Program-made: the position numbers and the translations under genes
In this document: piece after piece, positions 29,283 through 38,726 of the stretch
Layout of the letters: each line of letters begins with the position of its first letter
Position numbering within the stretch: the stretch's first letter is position 1
The notes under the pieces: model-generated
Seen by the model: only the letters and a program-made list of their open reading frames with translations
The model's database searches: none
What the model was told of the DNA's origin: nothing
Sequence record: PP534475.1
Length of the DNA stretch: 64,000 nucleotides
Source of the DNA: Escherichia phage YJin-2024a
Reading direction: 5' to 3' (one strand)

Positions 29283-29573
29283 TTAGTCCTCTGGATTATC
29301 ATCCAGGAAATTTTTAATAGCTTCGTGCATAGTTTCTTTACGAAGCTGACGTCCAATCAGAATATGATTAGCTTCTACTCGACCATTAGGTAAGCGATCT
29401 GCCAGAACTACTACAGGAACTTGACGCACACCAAATTTCTGCATTAATTCTGTATTATCAGTCTCTTTATGGATTTCCAAATTATAGTCACTGACTACTT
29501 TATCAAATACTGGCTCAAACATTTTGCAAGGATTACAAGTGGAACCTTTCAATAGATATACTAATTTACTCAT
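29283..29573 (-). CDS. thioredoxin/glutaredoxin-like protein
   Basis: CNPC redox motif near the N-terminus; 96 aa. Confidence 0.6.
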   Translation of the reverse strand: MSKLVYLLKGSTCNPCKMFEPVFDKVVSDYNLEIHKETDNTELMQKFGVRQVPVVVLADRLPNGRVEANHILIGRQLRKETMHEAIKNFLDDNPED

Positions 29574-29997
29574 AGTTATTAATGGCCTCTAAGAAGTTTC
29601 TCATAGTTTTTACGGTTGCGGTGCTTAGATCAAGATTTACACCCAAACACTCGGTTAATGCCTCCTGATAAGGAGCCTTCAATCTGCCTTCTGGGACTTC
29701 TACCTTTTTATACTCTTTATTTTTGACCTTTTTAATCATAGTCTCTAGTACAAGGAGAGGTAATTTAGCACCTTCAATATCAGTACCCAAAAGTTTAGTT
29801 AAAATTTTATTAAGATCAAGACGAGTTAACTTTTTGCCCTTAGACATAGATGCACCTACCTTTGTATCAATAGATTTTTCCGCTTTCTTTTCGAGCTTTT
29901 TGTACTCAGGAGAGTCATGATCACGGAGTGCAATGTTTAGCTCGTAATGTGGTATACGAAAATGTTCCGCCATTTGAGTATAGAAACGATCAGACAT
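29566..29997 (-). CDS. hypothetical protein (143 aa)
   Basis: ORF only. Confidence 0.5.
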   Translation of the reverse strand: MSDRFYTQMAEHFRIPHYELNIALRDHDSPEYKKLEKKAEKSIDTKVGASMSKGKKLTRLDLNKILTKLLGTDIEGAKLPLLVLETMIKKVKNKEYKKVEVPEGRLKAPYQEALTECLGVNLDLSTATVKTMRNFLEAINNYE

Positions 29998-30072
29998 AAT
30001 ATATACCTCTCTTAACTAATTTATGTATATATTATATAATAACTAGGGCTAAAAGTCAACTACTTTTTTATC

Positions 30073-30489
30073 TTAATCTACTGCATGGATAAATCTTTTC
30101 CTAACTAGATACATAGTTATTGGGTAAATTGAGTACATAAGTATCGGGGAGAAAAGGGTGAAATAAGCTGTAACTCCCCCAGCTAACATCAAAGGTATTA
30201 ATGCTAGAGTAAGGGCCATAAGAATCATGCCGAATGAAACAGCCAAAGCTATGGATATAGGATTCTCTAGTTCCATCCATAACCAACAATATTTCGTATC
30301 TCTATGGCAATTGCATTTACAAACGCCGAATGAACCCATAATTATATACTCTAGTCCGTGAATAACCTTTATTAATAAGCTATTTCGGGTAGTTAATGCA
30401 AGGATAGTAAAGACTATCATTAAAACGAATACTACTAGACTTATTTTCCAGATACCTAGCAGCATCATAGTGAATAGTTCTGCAAACAT
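30073..30489 (-). CDS. multi-pass membrane protein (138 aa)
   Basis: Four hydrophobic segments. Confidence 0.5.
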   Translation of the reverse strand: MFAELFTMMLLGIWKISLVVFVLMIVFTILALTTRNSLLIKVIHGLEYIIMGSFGVCKCNCHRDTKYCWLWMELENPISIALAVSFGMILMALTLALIPLMLAGGVTAYFTLFSPILMYSIYPITMYLVRKRFIHAVD

Positions 30490-30530
30490 GGCTTTCTCCT
30501 ATCTTCAAAAATTATTAAAGCCCCCTTTGC

Positions 30531-30555
30531 CTAAAAAGGCGGGAATAGTCCCGCC
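30531..30555 (-). terminator. rho-independent terminator downstream of endolysin
   Basis: GGCGGGA-loop-TCCCGCC hairpin followed by a T-run on the minus strand. Confidence 0.5.
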
Positions 30556-30566
30556 TCAGTTATTAA

Positions 30567-30980
30567 TTAAACTAGTTCGACATGACCGCCATCATAGGTA
30601 CCACGTTTTATTTCATCGTGATAGTCTCCCGAAGCATTCCAATCAGCACCAAAACGAAGTTTAATGCCTAGTTCTTTACCTGCTTGTTCAAAAGCCTTTT
30701 TAACTGCCCAAAATGCTTCTAAGTCATTCCAATCAATCTTGCCATTAATGTATGGGGCAAAATCAAGAGCATCTCCAGTAATATGCTTGCTTTTACTAGG
30801 ATCTTTTAAAAATGAAGTACCGTTAGCAATATTCTGGGCACTTTGTGCTACTGTACGAATACCCTGTACGATCGTGAAATCATATGGAGATAATTCTAAA
30901 GCTCTACGAGCTACTTTTTGTAGCTCTGGCTTAACGGTAGCTAATTGTTTTTCGCTATTTTTACCAAATTTAAAACTCAT
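30567..30980 (-). CDS. endolysin, L-alanyl-D-glutamate peptidase (M15-type)
   Basis: 137 aa; HITGDALDF and DGGHVEL zinc-peptidase motifs. Confidence 0.8.
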   Translation of the reverse strand: MSFKFGKNSEKQLATVKPELQKVARRALELSPYDFTIVQGIRTVAQSAQNIANGTSFLKDPSKSKHITGDALDFAPYINGKIDWNDLEAFWAVKKAFEQAGKELGIKLRFGADWNASGDYHDEIKRGTYDGGHVELV

Positions 30981-31633
30981 ATTGATCTACCTAAAGATCT
31001 CTGTTGTGGGGAACAGAGCTTTGTTAAATACTCGTTAAATTTCTCAGAATCGGCTGCATCTACAGGATTATCTTTCCAAGCAATACCAATATATCCAGCA
31101 TAGATATTGTTTAGATTGAAATACGGACAAGTGTATATGTAATTAAAAGTAACGTTCTTAAACGCAGGTATATTTAACCCCATGTATTTATTTACTTTTA
31201 CACTTAAATCCGATGCGTAGTTAAAGCCGTCTAAGTGACGTCTATATAGCTCAGACGTCTTATTTACCGCTTTATCGGCCAAGTCAGCCCTATCTAATTG
31301 CGCATTGCTTTCCCATGCAATAATGTTAGAATAATCATTAATGGCATCGGGTTTATACTTGACTACAAAAACAGCATCCGCACCCGTTTGGGAAAAAAGC
31401 ACCATGCTCTTTTCTCTAGCTACGTTAGGAAAATTACTTATCCTTTGAGTTTGAACATCCTGTAGAACCGCAGACGTGGAGAAAGTCTTTAAGAATGACA
31501 TCACCTCACTAGTATTACTAACAAATAAGAAAATAATGACAGCAACTAAGATAGTTAGCAGACGTTTAAGAAGCGATGCTGGATCTTTCGCTTCTTGGAG
31601 CAGTACCGTTAATAATTGTAAGAACTTTTCCAA
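30977..31633 (-). CDS. holin-like membrane protein
   Basis: 218 aa with TM helix, immediately upstream of and overlapping the endolysin gene; apparent TTG start after GGAGG. Confidence 0.55.
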   Translation of the reverse strand: MEKFLQLLTVLLQEAKDPASLLKRLLTILVAVIIFLFVSNTSEVMSFLKTFSTSAVLQDVQTQRISNFPNVAREKSMVLFSQTGADAVFVVKYKPDAINDYSNIIAWESNAQLDRADLADKAVNKTSELYRRHLDGFNYASDLSVKVNKYMGLNIPAFKNVTFNYIYTCPYFNLNNIYAGYIGIAWKDNPVDAADSEKFNEYLTKLCSPQQRSLGRSI

Positions 31634-31657
31634 TTGTAACCTCCTCTAACCAGTACC

Positions 31658-31686
31658 ATTATACTAATTTTGGAGGAAAATTACAA
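31658..31686 (-). promoter_or_regulatory. early sigma70 promoter upstream of the lysis genes
   Basis: TTGTAA-17-TATAAT on the minus strand. Confidence 0.45.
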
Positions 31687-31789
31687 TGTGTTTTTAAAGA
31701 TCACTTCTGGAGCATAAAATTTTGTCGTTGTCAAGAAGAATTTTAGATAAAAGAAAAGCCAGGGTCGTTAAACCCTGGCTTAAAATTAC

Positions 31790-32389
31790 TTACTCTTCTT
31801 TATGCTCCTCTGATTGAGGTAACTGGGCTTTATTATATTGCTCAGATCGATATTTTGCCAAGATTTCAATACGCTTATGGATTTCTTTGCTATCTAGATA
31901 GATATTTTTGTTGTCTTTTACCATCTCGTCGATTTCGTCTATTGAGAAGAACGGATAGTAGACATCTAGCATCATATCTTCTACGAACTTGTTGTAAGAT
32001 TCATAGGCTTTCTTGATTTCTTGACCTTTCTCGCAGAACCCGCCAGAGAACGTGTGTCCCATTAGCGTAGCATGCGGATGTACTACCCATCCATGACAGG
32101 ATAGGAAAATTGTGCAGTAAGCAGAAGCACTAGGACCAACCAGATGTCCTATAACTGTTCCACGGCAATTAGCAATTAAGTTAGATAACTGTGCAGCAGT
32201 ATCAACATAACCACCTGGACCATTAATCATCAGATTAATTTCGTCGTCCTCATTTGCCTGCATAAGTACCATTGATAAATCACGGTATTCATCCGGCGGG
32301 CCTAATTCTTCATCAAAGAAAAAGGTATACTCATTAGATTGGCGAATGGAGTGAAACAGGTTAGTCTTTTCTTCTTTTTTATTAGTCAT
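31790..32389 (-). CDS. ClpP-like serine protease
   Basis: INGPGG and GPSAS motifs aligning with ClpP INSPGG and GQAAS. Confidence 0.6.
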   Translation of the reverse strand: MTNKKEEKTNLFHSIRQSNEYTFFFDEELGPPDEYRDLSMVLMQANEDDEINLMINGPGGYVDTAAQLSNLIANCRGTVIGHLVGPSASAYCTIFLSCHGWVVHPHATLMGHTFSGGFCEKGQEIKKAYESYNKFVEDMMLDVYYPFFSIDEIDEMVKDNKNIYLDSKEIHKRIEILAKYRSEQYNKAQLPQSEEHKEE

Positions 32390-32401
32390 AGCGATCCTTG
32401 A

Positions 32402-33154
32402 TTATCCAACTAGTGGTTCTAGCTCTAAGTCACAGAAGTTATAAACTTCTAGTTTAAGGTTATTGATACCATCGAATTTATTAACTAATTCGTGAGTAAT
32501 ATATTTTGCAGGAATACCACTTTCAGATGGATGATCTGATTTAATAGTGAACTTCTGCTCAGCGGGTACTACATTTACTATCAAAGAATCCATATCTAAA
32601 TGGTTTGTTTCTCTGAGTAACTCTCCTTCATTGGGGAATCTAACATCTGTTATTACGGCGACATCTGGGTCGTCTTTAGCGATGGATTGCTCCAGAATTA
32701 TGAGCCAAATGCGTTCATGCACCAGCTGCCTTCCTAGCTCTGTTCCTACGAGCTGTAACATTTTTCTCGGAGAAATAAATAAACTATAAAGTCCGTCTTC
32801 TTTACTCTCTGAGATAAGTTGTTGAGGATTAAGATATTTTTCCTCAAAAATAGGCCAAACGTGCGAGAAGTCTTCAAACTTATCGATACCGTACTTAAAC
32901 CACACATCTCTGGCTCGCTCCAATTGAGATTGTGTGACCGTAAACCATTGGTCAATCTCTTTTCCCCTGCGCTCTCCTAGAAACTCTGGAGTTACACCGA
33001 GGATTACGGATGCAAGTTCATAAACGGGCTTAGCAAAACTATAACGACGGGATAAACACGTTGGATACGTGTCATTACACCAATCGATAATTAATTTTGC
33101 AACGGTATCTTTTCCCGAACCAGCTTCACCATGTAAACCGACTAATACTGACAT
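32402..33154 (-). CDS. deoxynucleoside monophosphate kinase
   Basis: P-loop GEAGSGKDT; 250 aa. Confidence 0.7.
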   Translation of the reverse strand: MSVLVGLHGEAGSGKDTVAKLIIDWCNDTYPTCLSRRYSFAKPVYELASVILGVTPEFLGERRGKEIDQWFTVTQSQLERARDVWFKYGIDKFEDFSHVWPIFEEKYLNPQQLISESKEDGLYSLFISPRKMLQLVGTELGRQLVHERIWLIILEQSIAKDDPDVAVITDVRFPNEGELLRETNHLDMDSLIVNVVPAEQKFTIKSDHPSESGIPAKYITHELVNKFDGINNLKLEVYNFCDLELEPLVG

Positions 33155-33507
33155 TAATCTTTCCTATTGTTAATTGGTGGATAATATACTAAACAACGTT
33201 TTTCTTGCAAATCTTGACGATAGAAGCAAACCATACCTGTCAGTCGTGAAATATATGAATATTCTGCCTCACGGCATTTTGCCAACATATTCCAATCTTT
33301 ATATGGTACAACAACTACTACGCCATCTTCTCCATTTGTAGCTAATTTCTTTTCAAACTTAAAGTCAAAGCTACAAGGTTGGAGTCCTTTAGGCCAATCT
33401 ACATGAGCTGTTGGTAACTCATGTGAGGGTTCTGGCTTTATTTCTTGCGCACAGCCTGTGATTGTGATTGCGGCTGCGAGCAGTATTCCACACTTCCAGA
33501 AAGACAT
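33154..33507 (-). CDS. lipoprotein, o-spanin-like
   Basis: Signal peptide with lipobox ITGC; overlaps the 3' end of 33438..33881. Confidence 0.45.
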   Translation of the reverse strand: MSFWKCGILLAAAITITGCAQEIKPEPSHELPTAHVDWPKGLQPCSFDFKFEKKLATNGEDGVVVVVPYKDWNMLAKCREAEYSYISRLTGMVCFYRQDLQEKRCLVYYPPINNRKD

Positions 33508-33881
33508 GCTAATCTCTCCTCAAATTCTTTACTCTGCTTTTTAGCAATTAATGTTACCAATCCAGGCTTTGCAGCTATAATGTCTTGACGACTAAGTGCT
33601 TTATCAAGCTGACTAATCTTTTTGTCTAGATCTGCTTGCGAAATATTATTCATTGTGAAATACTGATTCATTCTAGTCTCACGAAGTTCGCTTTCAGCTT
33701 TCACTTTATTAAGGGAAGTCTCTAGAGAAGAAATCTTTTTAGTAGCTACCGCAAGATCTCCCGCCAAAGTCTCCACTTTATTTACTAAGTGATAAGCACC
33801 GAATCCGATGCCTATCGCTAGACCTGCTCCCAGGATATACCACTTACCTTTCCATAGAGAACCGATAAAGTTTTTTATCAT
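33438..33881 (-). CDS. membrane-anchored coiled-coil protein, i-spanin-like
   Basis: N-terminal TM helix plus long coiled coil; overlaps the downstream lipoprotein gene. Confidence 0.45.
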   Translation of the reverse strand: MIKNFIGSLWKGKWYILGAGLAIGIGFGAYHLVNKVETLAGDLAVATKKISSLETSLNKVKAESELRETRMNQYFTMNNISQADLDKKISQLDKALSRQDIIAAKPGLVTLIAKKQSKEFEERLACLSGSVEYCSQPQSQSQAVRKK

Positions 33882-34558
33882 CTTTTCATATTCCTGAATG
33901 ACGTAACCGTATCAAATCCATGTGCTGCTAGACGGTCTTTATCTGATACAGTAATCATATCAGGCTCGCCCGTCCCTAACACGCCCCAGATATATTGCTC
34001 GATCATCTGGTGCAAACGGTATAAGTTACTTTCAATTTCCTGCCACGGAATACCTGATAGGTGTAGACGCGGATTAGTTATAATCTTGAAGTATTTATTG
34101 CTATCTTTATCATTTGGAACTAATGAATCTAGAACTGCTAGCGGTACTCTTAGCTCAGATAAGGCTTCTTTAGCTTTCGGGGTAACTTCTTCTTGCCACG
34201 ATAAGATCGACTCTTTTGGCTTCCCTCTGTTTATGTCTAGCAAAGAAAACCCTGTTGACCATCCCTTCTCATCTAAAATTTCTAACGCCTTGTCCAGACT
34301 GAAGGTTTTTACTTGGGTATCCAGTACATCAATGTGGTATAACCAGTAAATCTCCCCAGCTAGGAAGAAAGGCAAAATTTTAAAGTAGCCAATCTTCCCC
34401 TCAATACGAGCAATCCTACGTTCTTGCATGATCATATAGTTGCCCTCATCTGGGGCTTTTATTGTTAGCTCTTCAGTTTTACGTTCCCAAACACGATCTG
34501 CGTCAAATAAACTGTTCTGCAAATCATACACATCTACGAATTTAGAGATGATTCTCAT
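33878..34558 (-). CDS. hypothetical protein (226 aa)
   Basis: ORF with PN25-like promoter upstream. Confidence 0.55.
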   Translation of the reverse strand: MRIISKFVDVYDLQNSLFDADRVWERKTEELTIKAPDEGNYMIMQERRIARIEGKIGYFKILPFFLAGEIYWLYHIDVLDTQVKTFSLDKALEILDEKGWSTGFSLLDINRGKPKESILSWQEEVTPKAKEALSELRVPLAVLDSLVPNDKDSNKYFKIITNPRLHLSGIPWQEIESNLYRLHQMIEQYIWGVLGTGEPDMITVSDKDRLAAHGFDTVTSFRNMKR

Positions 34559-34589
34559 ATTTAATCCTCTTGCCTCAATCTATGAGTAT

Positions 34590-34618
34590 ATTATACAAAA
34601 GTTTGGGCATCTAAGCAA
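34590..34618 (-). promoter_or_regulatory. early sigma70 promoter, PN25-like family
   Basis: TTGCTT-17-TATAAT on the minus strand. Confidence 0.55.
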
Positions 34619-34712
34619 CTAAAATTTTATTATAAAAATAGCCCAGTCGCAAAAGTGCAGGCTGGGCTTTGTCATTATTTGCTTTTGCTAGTAAGTTGAT
34701 TTAGCATCAATC

Positions 34713-35093
34713 TTATGTAATATTAGTTTCTCTAGCTTTGCGTAGTACCCCTGCATTTCTCCACAATTTGATGTCAGCAACTGTTTCTTTATAAGGAGCT
34801 ATGGTAAAACCTAGTGGGCCAGCACCAAATAATCCTAAGAATCCTATTGCACGCATGTAGAATAAACATTCTTCGCCTGTCATTTCTTCAACTGCTTTTC
34901 TTTGTTTTTCGTTTTCAAACCCGTGCTCCTTGTTGTCTATACGAAGGTGTTTAATGAACCATTCAGCAGAATATTCATCTAAGTGTCTAAGTATAGCTAT
35001 TGCATATCCAGCGCCAATTAAAAACCAAGCGGTAACAAGAATTAGTACTATAGTCATATAATCTCCAGTTAAGGTCAGCGACCAACTCACCAC
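34713..35093 (-). CDS. membrane protein (126 aa)
   Basis: Hydrophobic segments. Confidence 0.45.
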   Translation of the reverse strand: MVSWSLTLTGDYMTIVLILVTAWFLIGAGYAIAILRHLDEYSAEWFIKHLRIDNKEHGFENEKQRKAVEEMTGEECLFYMRAIGFLGLFGAGPLGFTIAPYKETVADIKLWRNAGVLRKARETNIT

Positions 35094-35168
35094 TTACCGC
35101 ACTAAGGGGGCACGACTCCCTTATCCGTAACAGTTGCAGGTGACGCAACTCGGTCCTACGCGAGTTCT

Positions 35169-35453
35169 TTAGGTATTCTGCATTTCAGCTTTAAATTTTT
35201 TCATATTACGAGTCTTTCTATAAAAGAAAAACACAGATGTTGGGCCTAGAAGAATATCCACAATAAATATCATAGATCTAGCACATCTGAGTAATGTTTT
35301 ATCATCAAGAGGAGGCAGATCTAACGGTCGAGTTTTATGTATAACGTATAATATTACATCTTTATTCTTAGAAACATACAGATCATCAACCAAGCTGTAA
35401 ATAGCTACTATAGATCCAATGACGAACCAAAGAGCAAATGGAGAGATAATCAT
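35169..35453 (-). CDS. membrane protein (94 aa)
   Basis: Hydrophobic N-terminus. Confidence 0.45.
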   Translation of the reverse strand: MIISPFALWFVIGSIVAIYSLVDDLYVSKNKDVILYVIHKTRPLDLPPLDDKTLLRCARSMIFIVDILLGPTSVFFFYRKTRNMKKFKAEMQNT

Positions 35454-35746
35454 TTCAGATCCTTTTCATTAATTAGAATATTAGTAAACAGTGGAGTAAC
35501 TCCTAGACTCATAGTAGGTCCAAACGTATTCATGGCTACCCACAATTGCATAGTGATCATCCCATCTTTAATCTCTGGATCTTTATATTCTTCGATACGT
35601 TTTTTGGCAAAGGCAACTACATCTGGAGTACTACCGTTCTTTACAACATGATCATGCCAAAACTGAGCGTTTTCACTCCGTAGGAATGTTAAAACATCCT
35701 TAGTTGCTGGAATCTGCACTGTGCTATTGATGTTTAGTCTTTTCAC
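35450..35746 (-). CDS. hypothetical protein (98 aa)
   Basis: ORF only. Confidence 0.45.
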   Translation of the reverse strand: MKRLNINSTVQIPATKDVLTFLRSENAQFWHDHVVKNGSTPDVVAFAKKRIEEYKDPEIKDGMITMQLWVAMNTFGPTMSLGVTPLFTNILINEKDLK

Positions 35747-36143
35747 GTTCTTCTCTCCGACGTTTGCGTTCTTTCATCATATGAGCTGCTACAACTTCAT
35801 GGTAGTAGTCATTAATGTTACCTTCTGGTAAGAAATGCTTAATAGTCTCTAACTGACAAATAACTCGATGAAGATGGTTATTTGGTAGACATAATTTTAT
35901 ACCTGCAACAAATCCAGAGAAGCCTGGAATACTGAACATGGGTTGGGCTTCTGCTCTACCTTCAGAGTTGATATTAAGCTCAATTGAGATACCCATTTTC
36001 ATACTATAAAGCTGGCAATATTCTCCATTACCAGACCTTGACCAAACAGTGAAATCCTCATCAATTTGATCTTGAATTTCCGTAATTGCAAATTTAATTC
36101 TAGGGTCTAAATTATTCATCTTCACCTTCAAAGTCGCAATCAT
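35724..36143 (-). CDS. hypothetical protein (139 aa)
   Basis: ORF only. Confidence 0.45.
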   Translation of the reverse strand: MIATLKVKMNNLDPRIKFAITEIQDQIDEDFTVWSRSGNGEYCQLYSMKMGISIELNINSEGRAEAQPMFSIPGFSGFVAGIKLCLPNNHLHRVICQLETIKHFLPEGNINDYYHEVVAAHMMKERKRRREEREKTKHQ

Positions 36144-36411
36144 AACGACAAGTAAAAGAACTGGAGCTATTAGTACGTTGAGTGGTTATTTCACCACGTT
36201 TGCTAATAGTAACGGCTGGAGTAGAGAAGTTTTTATTAGTATAGATCTCTACTTTACCATTACGTTCCTTAACATCACGAACTTTACCATACTCGGTAAT
36301 AATGCCGTTCTGTTGGACTTTAACATTACCATTTTTCATAGAAACTTTGGTAGATGCCAGAGAACCGAAACTAACTGCGGAGATCATCAGTGCAATAATA
36401 AACTTATTCAT
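36112..36411 (-). CDS. secreted periplasmic protein
   Basis: Signal peptide MNKFIIALMISAVSFGSLAS from the internal start. Confidence 0.45.
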   Translation of the reverse strand: MNKFIIALMISAVSFGSLASTKVSMKNGNVKVQQNGIITEYGKVRDVKERNGKVEIYTNKNFSTPAVTISKRGEITTQRTNSSSSFTCRYDCDFEGEDE

Positions 36412-36685
36412 CTTCATCCTCGCCACTACAATCACGACATACATCATAATCGTTGAAAGAACGTTCGTGAGCTTCACACCACCAAGAACAAGAATCGCAG
36501 AGAAACATTTCGGTTTTCTCCAGTGCTTGACCTAAAAGATCATCAGCTTCCTCAGCAGGAATCTTCAATCCGCACACATCTGCCACACGTTCTTTAATTA
36601 AACGACCTGCTTCGTGGTAAGACATACAGGTTCCCGTAACATCATGTTCAAGAACATGAACAGCACAGTCTAGACGAGTTTTCAT
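36404..36685 (-). CDS. zinc-ribbon protein (93 aa)
   Basis: CDSCSWWC ... CRDC cysteine pairs. Confidence 0.5.
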   Translation of the reverse strand: MKTRLDCAVHVLEHDVTGTCMSYHEAGRLIKERVADVCGLKIPAEEADDLLGQALEKTEMFLCDSCSWWCEAHERSFNDYDVCRDCSGEDEDE

Positions 36686-36715
36686 TTCAAACCTCTCTCA
36701 TCAATTTATAAACAT

Positions 36716-36744
36716 ATTATAGCAAGAAAAGAGAGGTTTAGCAA
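36716..36744 (-). promoter_or_regulatory. early sigma70 promoter, PN25-like family
   Basis: TTGCTA-17-TATAAT on the minus strand. Confidence 0.55.
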
Positions 36745-36761
36745 ATGAATTATTTCAGAAT

Positions 36762-37109
36762 TTAGTCATAGCACCACCATAACCCATGCTTACGCATGTC
36801 ATGATCGCGATTATAATCATAATTTTCTGGATCTTTCATCACGCGGTGGAGTTCTTGACGATTCCCTTGACGAACCATTTTATTAGAATGCCACTTAACA
36901 TTCTTACTAATAGAATTCCAGTTATAACCATCCTTTTTCTCATTACGAATGGTTGCTTCCTTCATTTCCTGTTCTACATCATCCCAGGATTTAGCATAAA
37001 TAACACGAATCCAGTAGCCATTTTCTTTGAGGAAAGAATATTCTTGAGAGAAGTGTTCTTTAGACTTCCACCACTGATCACCAGATTGTCTACGATAAGT
37101 ACGGCTCAT
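36762..37109 (-). CDS. hypothetical protein (115 aa)
   Basis: ORF only. Confidence 0.5.
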   Translation of the reverse strand: MSRTYRRQSGDQWWKSKEHFSQEYSFLKENGYWIRVIYAKSWDDVEQEMKEATIRNEKKDGYNWNSISKNVKWHSNKMVRQGNRQELHRVMKDPENYDYNRDHDMRKHGLWWCYD

Positions 37110-37230
37110 ATTACCTCCATTAAGTCTTTTAAATTAACCTAATGTGGATGAATTTTATTATACATAAACTATTTTCCTGTATACAGAAAAACCCCAGACT
37201 ACTTATTCAATAGCTGGGGTTTGTTATTAA

Positions 37231-37545
37231 TTACAGATCGGGGCGTTCATCTTCGAAACAGCCTGAGCTAATTCCTTCTCCGAATCCTACAAAGCCATCA
37301 AATTCATCATTTGAGATGCCCATAATCATTGCTTCCATTTTCCTAATCTCCGAGATTTTCATGCCTGCTTTACTATTCTTATAGTACTTGCGAGGGTTCC
37401 CACACATCCAACAAGAACAGATGCAAGGAGTAGTAGTGATAATACCTAACCGTTTAGGGCTTTCTTCATGTGGGAAGACTGTCCAATACTTTTTGCGATT
37501 GTTCTTCACACGTTGCCGGTGATGACGTCTTAATGCTCGATCCAC
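37231..37545 (-). CDS. Cys-rich hypothetical protein (104 aa)
   Basis: CICSCWMCGNP cluster. Confidence 0.45.
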   Translation of the reverse strand: MDRALRRHHRQRVKNNRKKYWTVFPHEESPKRLGIITTTPCICSCWMCGNPRKYYKNSKAGMKISEIRKMEAMIMGISNDEFDGFVGFGEGISSGCFEDERPDL

Positions 37546-37626
37546 ACATTTCTCCTAAAACTTGGGAGATAAACGGAGTTTGCTCGACTACCTTGCGTAG
37601 CTGGTAGAAATCGTATCCAAACCCCA

Positions 37627-37995
37627 TTACATCGCCTGAGTAAATGTACGACTAATAACGTCGTTCTGTTGTTCACGCGTCAATGCATTAAATCGAACAG
37701 CATAGCCAGAGACACGGATTGTCAGCTGAGGATATTTTTCAGGATGTTTCTGCGCATCCAAAAGCTGATCACGGCTTAATACATTGACATTTAGGTGCTG
37801 ACCACCTTCGATTTGAGGGGCGACTTCCACTTTGACTTCACGGAAGGCTTCGGGATCGAATTGTGGTGTGATACCTTCTAGATCTTCAACTAGAACTTTC
37901 TGTTTAAGTTCACCGTTGTCGGAGTATAGCTGAATAATCTGATTTTCATGGACAAGGTTAATTACGCCAGATTTAAGATTTTGATATGCTTTCAT
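37627..37995 (-). CDS. autonomous glycyl-radical cofactor, GrcA/YfiD-like
   Basis: C-terminus [25 protein letters not shown] is the glycyl-radical signature and closely resembles E. coli GrcA as I recall it. Confidence 0.75.
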   Translation of the reverse strand: MKAYQNLKSGVINLVHENQIIQLYSDNGELKQKVLVEDLEGITPQFDPEAFREVKVEVAPQIEGGQHLNVNVLSRDQLLDAQKHPEKYPQLTIRVSGYAVRFNALTREQQNDVISRTFTQAM

Positions 37996-38037
37996 TAGAT
38001 CTCCCCGATGTTAGAATTTGGCTCAGCTATTTATTCT

Positions 38038-38232
38038 TTATACTTTTCCATAGTATACGGAAACTGTCTTACCAGTTTGGTTCATAACATATGCTACTTC
38101 ATCTTCTTTTAAAAAGATAGCTTGGTCTACTCCAACTATAGCCAATCTTTTATTTCTAGGATTAAAGCTTACACTTTTGCCTGTATGAATCTGTTCCCCA
38201 TTCTTGGCTGACATTATTTTAATTGTTAACAT
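38038..38232 (-). CDS. hypothetical protein (64 aa)
   Basis: ORF only. Confidence 0.4.
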   Translation of the reverse strand: MLTIKIMSAKNGEQIHTGKSVSFNPRNKRLAIVGVDQAIFLKEDEVAYVMNQTGKTVSVYYGKV

Positions 38233-38269
38233 AGCTGCTCCTAAAGTTAGCTATCTCTAGCTCTTTTAA

Positions 38270-38345
38270 TGGTAGTTAGTAGTGGATTTGAACCACTGTA
38301 GTCGCTCCGTATGAAGGAGGTGCATAACCACTCTGCCAACTAACT
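38270..38345 (-). tRNA. tRNA with CAU anticodon (Met or Ile2)
   Basis: T-arm, 7-bp acceptor pairing, CCA encoded; anticodon loop UUCAUAC. Confidence 0.7.
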
Positions 38346-38441
38346 GTTATGTTTTACTAGACTAAGTAAGTATTCTTTATACTCTTTAGACCAACTAGCT
38401 TTTTTAAACTTTCCTGGACGCATAGTCTTAATTCCTAAATT

Positions 38442-38518
38442 TGGTACTCCGGGAGGGATTTAAACCCCCGATCTCTCGGTTATCAGCCGAGTGCTTTAGA
38501 TCGCTAAGCTACCGAAGC
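38442..38518 (-). tRNA. tRNA-Ile (GAU)
   Basis: Acceptor and T-arm pairing, CCA encoded; loop CUGAUAA. Confidence 0.7.
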
Positions 38519-38519
38519 A

Positions 38520-38726
38520 TTAATATTTAATTGCAGAACGTTTACCATTTCTAGGCGCACCTGGAAGTCGTGCACGTTCTGCCATTCTTCGCTTAATCTT
38601 TGAGATATTTTCTAGTGTTTGTTCTTCAGGCTTAATACCTGAAACACTACACCACTGATTACCATCCCATGCGATAATGATCATAACACCATTACCCATA
38701 ATCTTTTCTGTGAAAGTAATTCTCAT
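38520..38726 (-). CDS. hypothetical protein
   Basis: ORF between tRNA genes; start at internal Met. Confidence 0.35.
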   Translation of the reverse strand: MRITFTEKIMGNGVMIIIAWDGNQWCSVSGIKPEEQTLENISKIKRRMAERARLPGAPRNGKRSAIKY

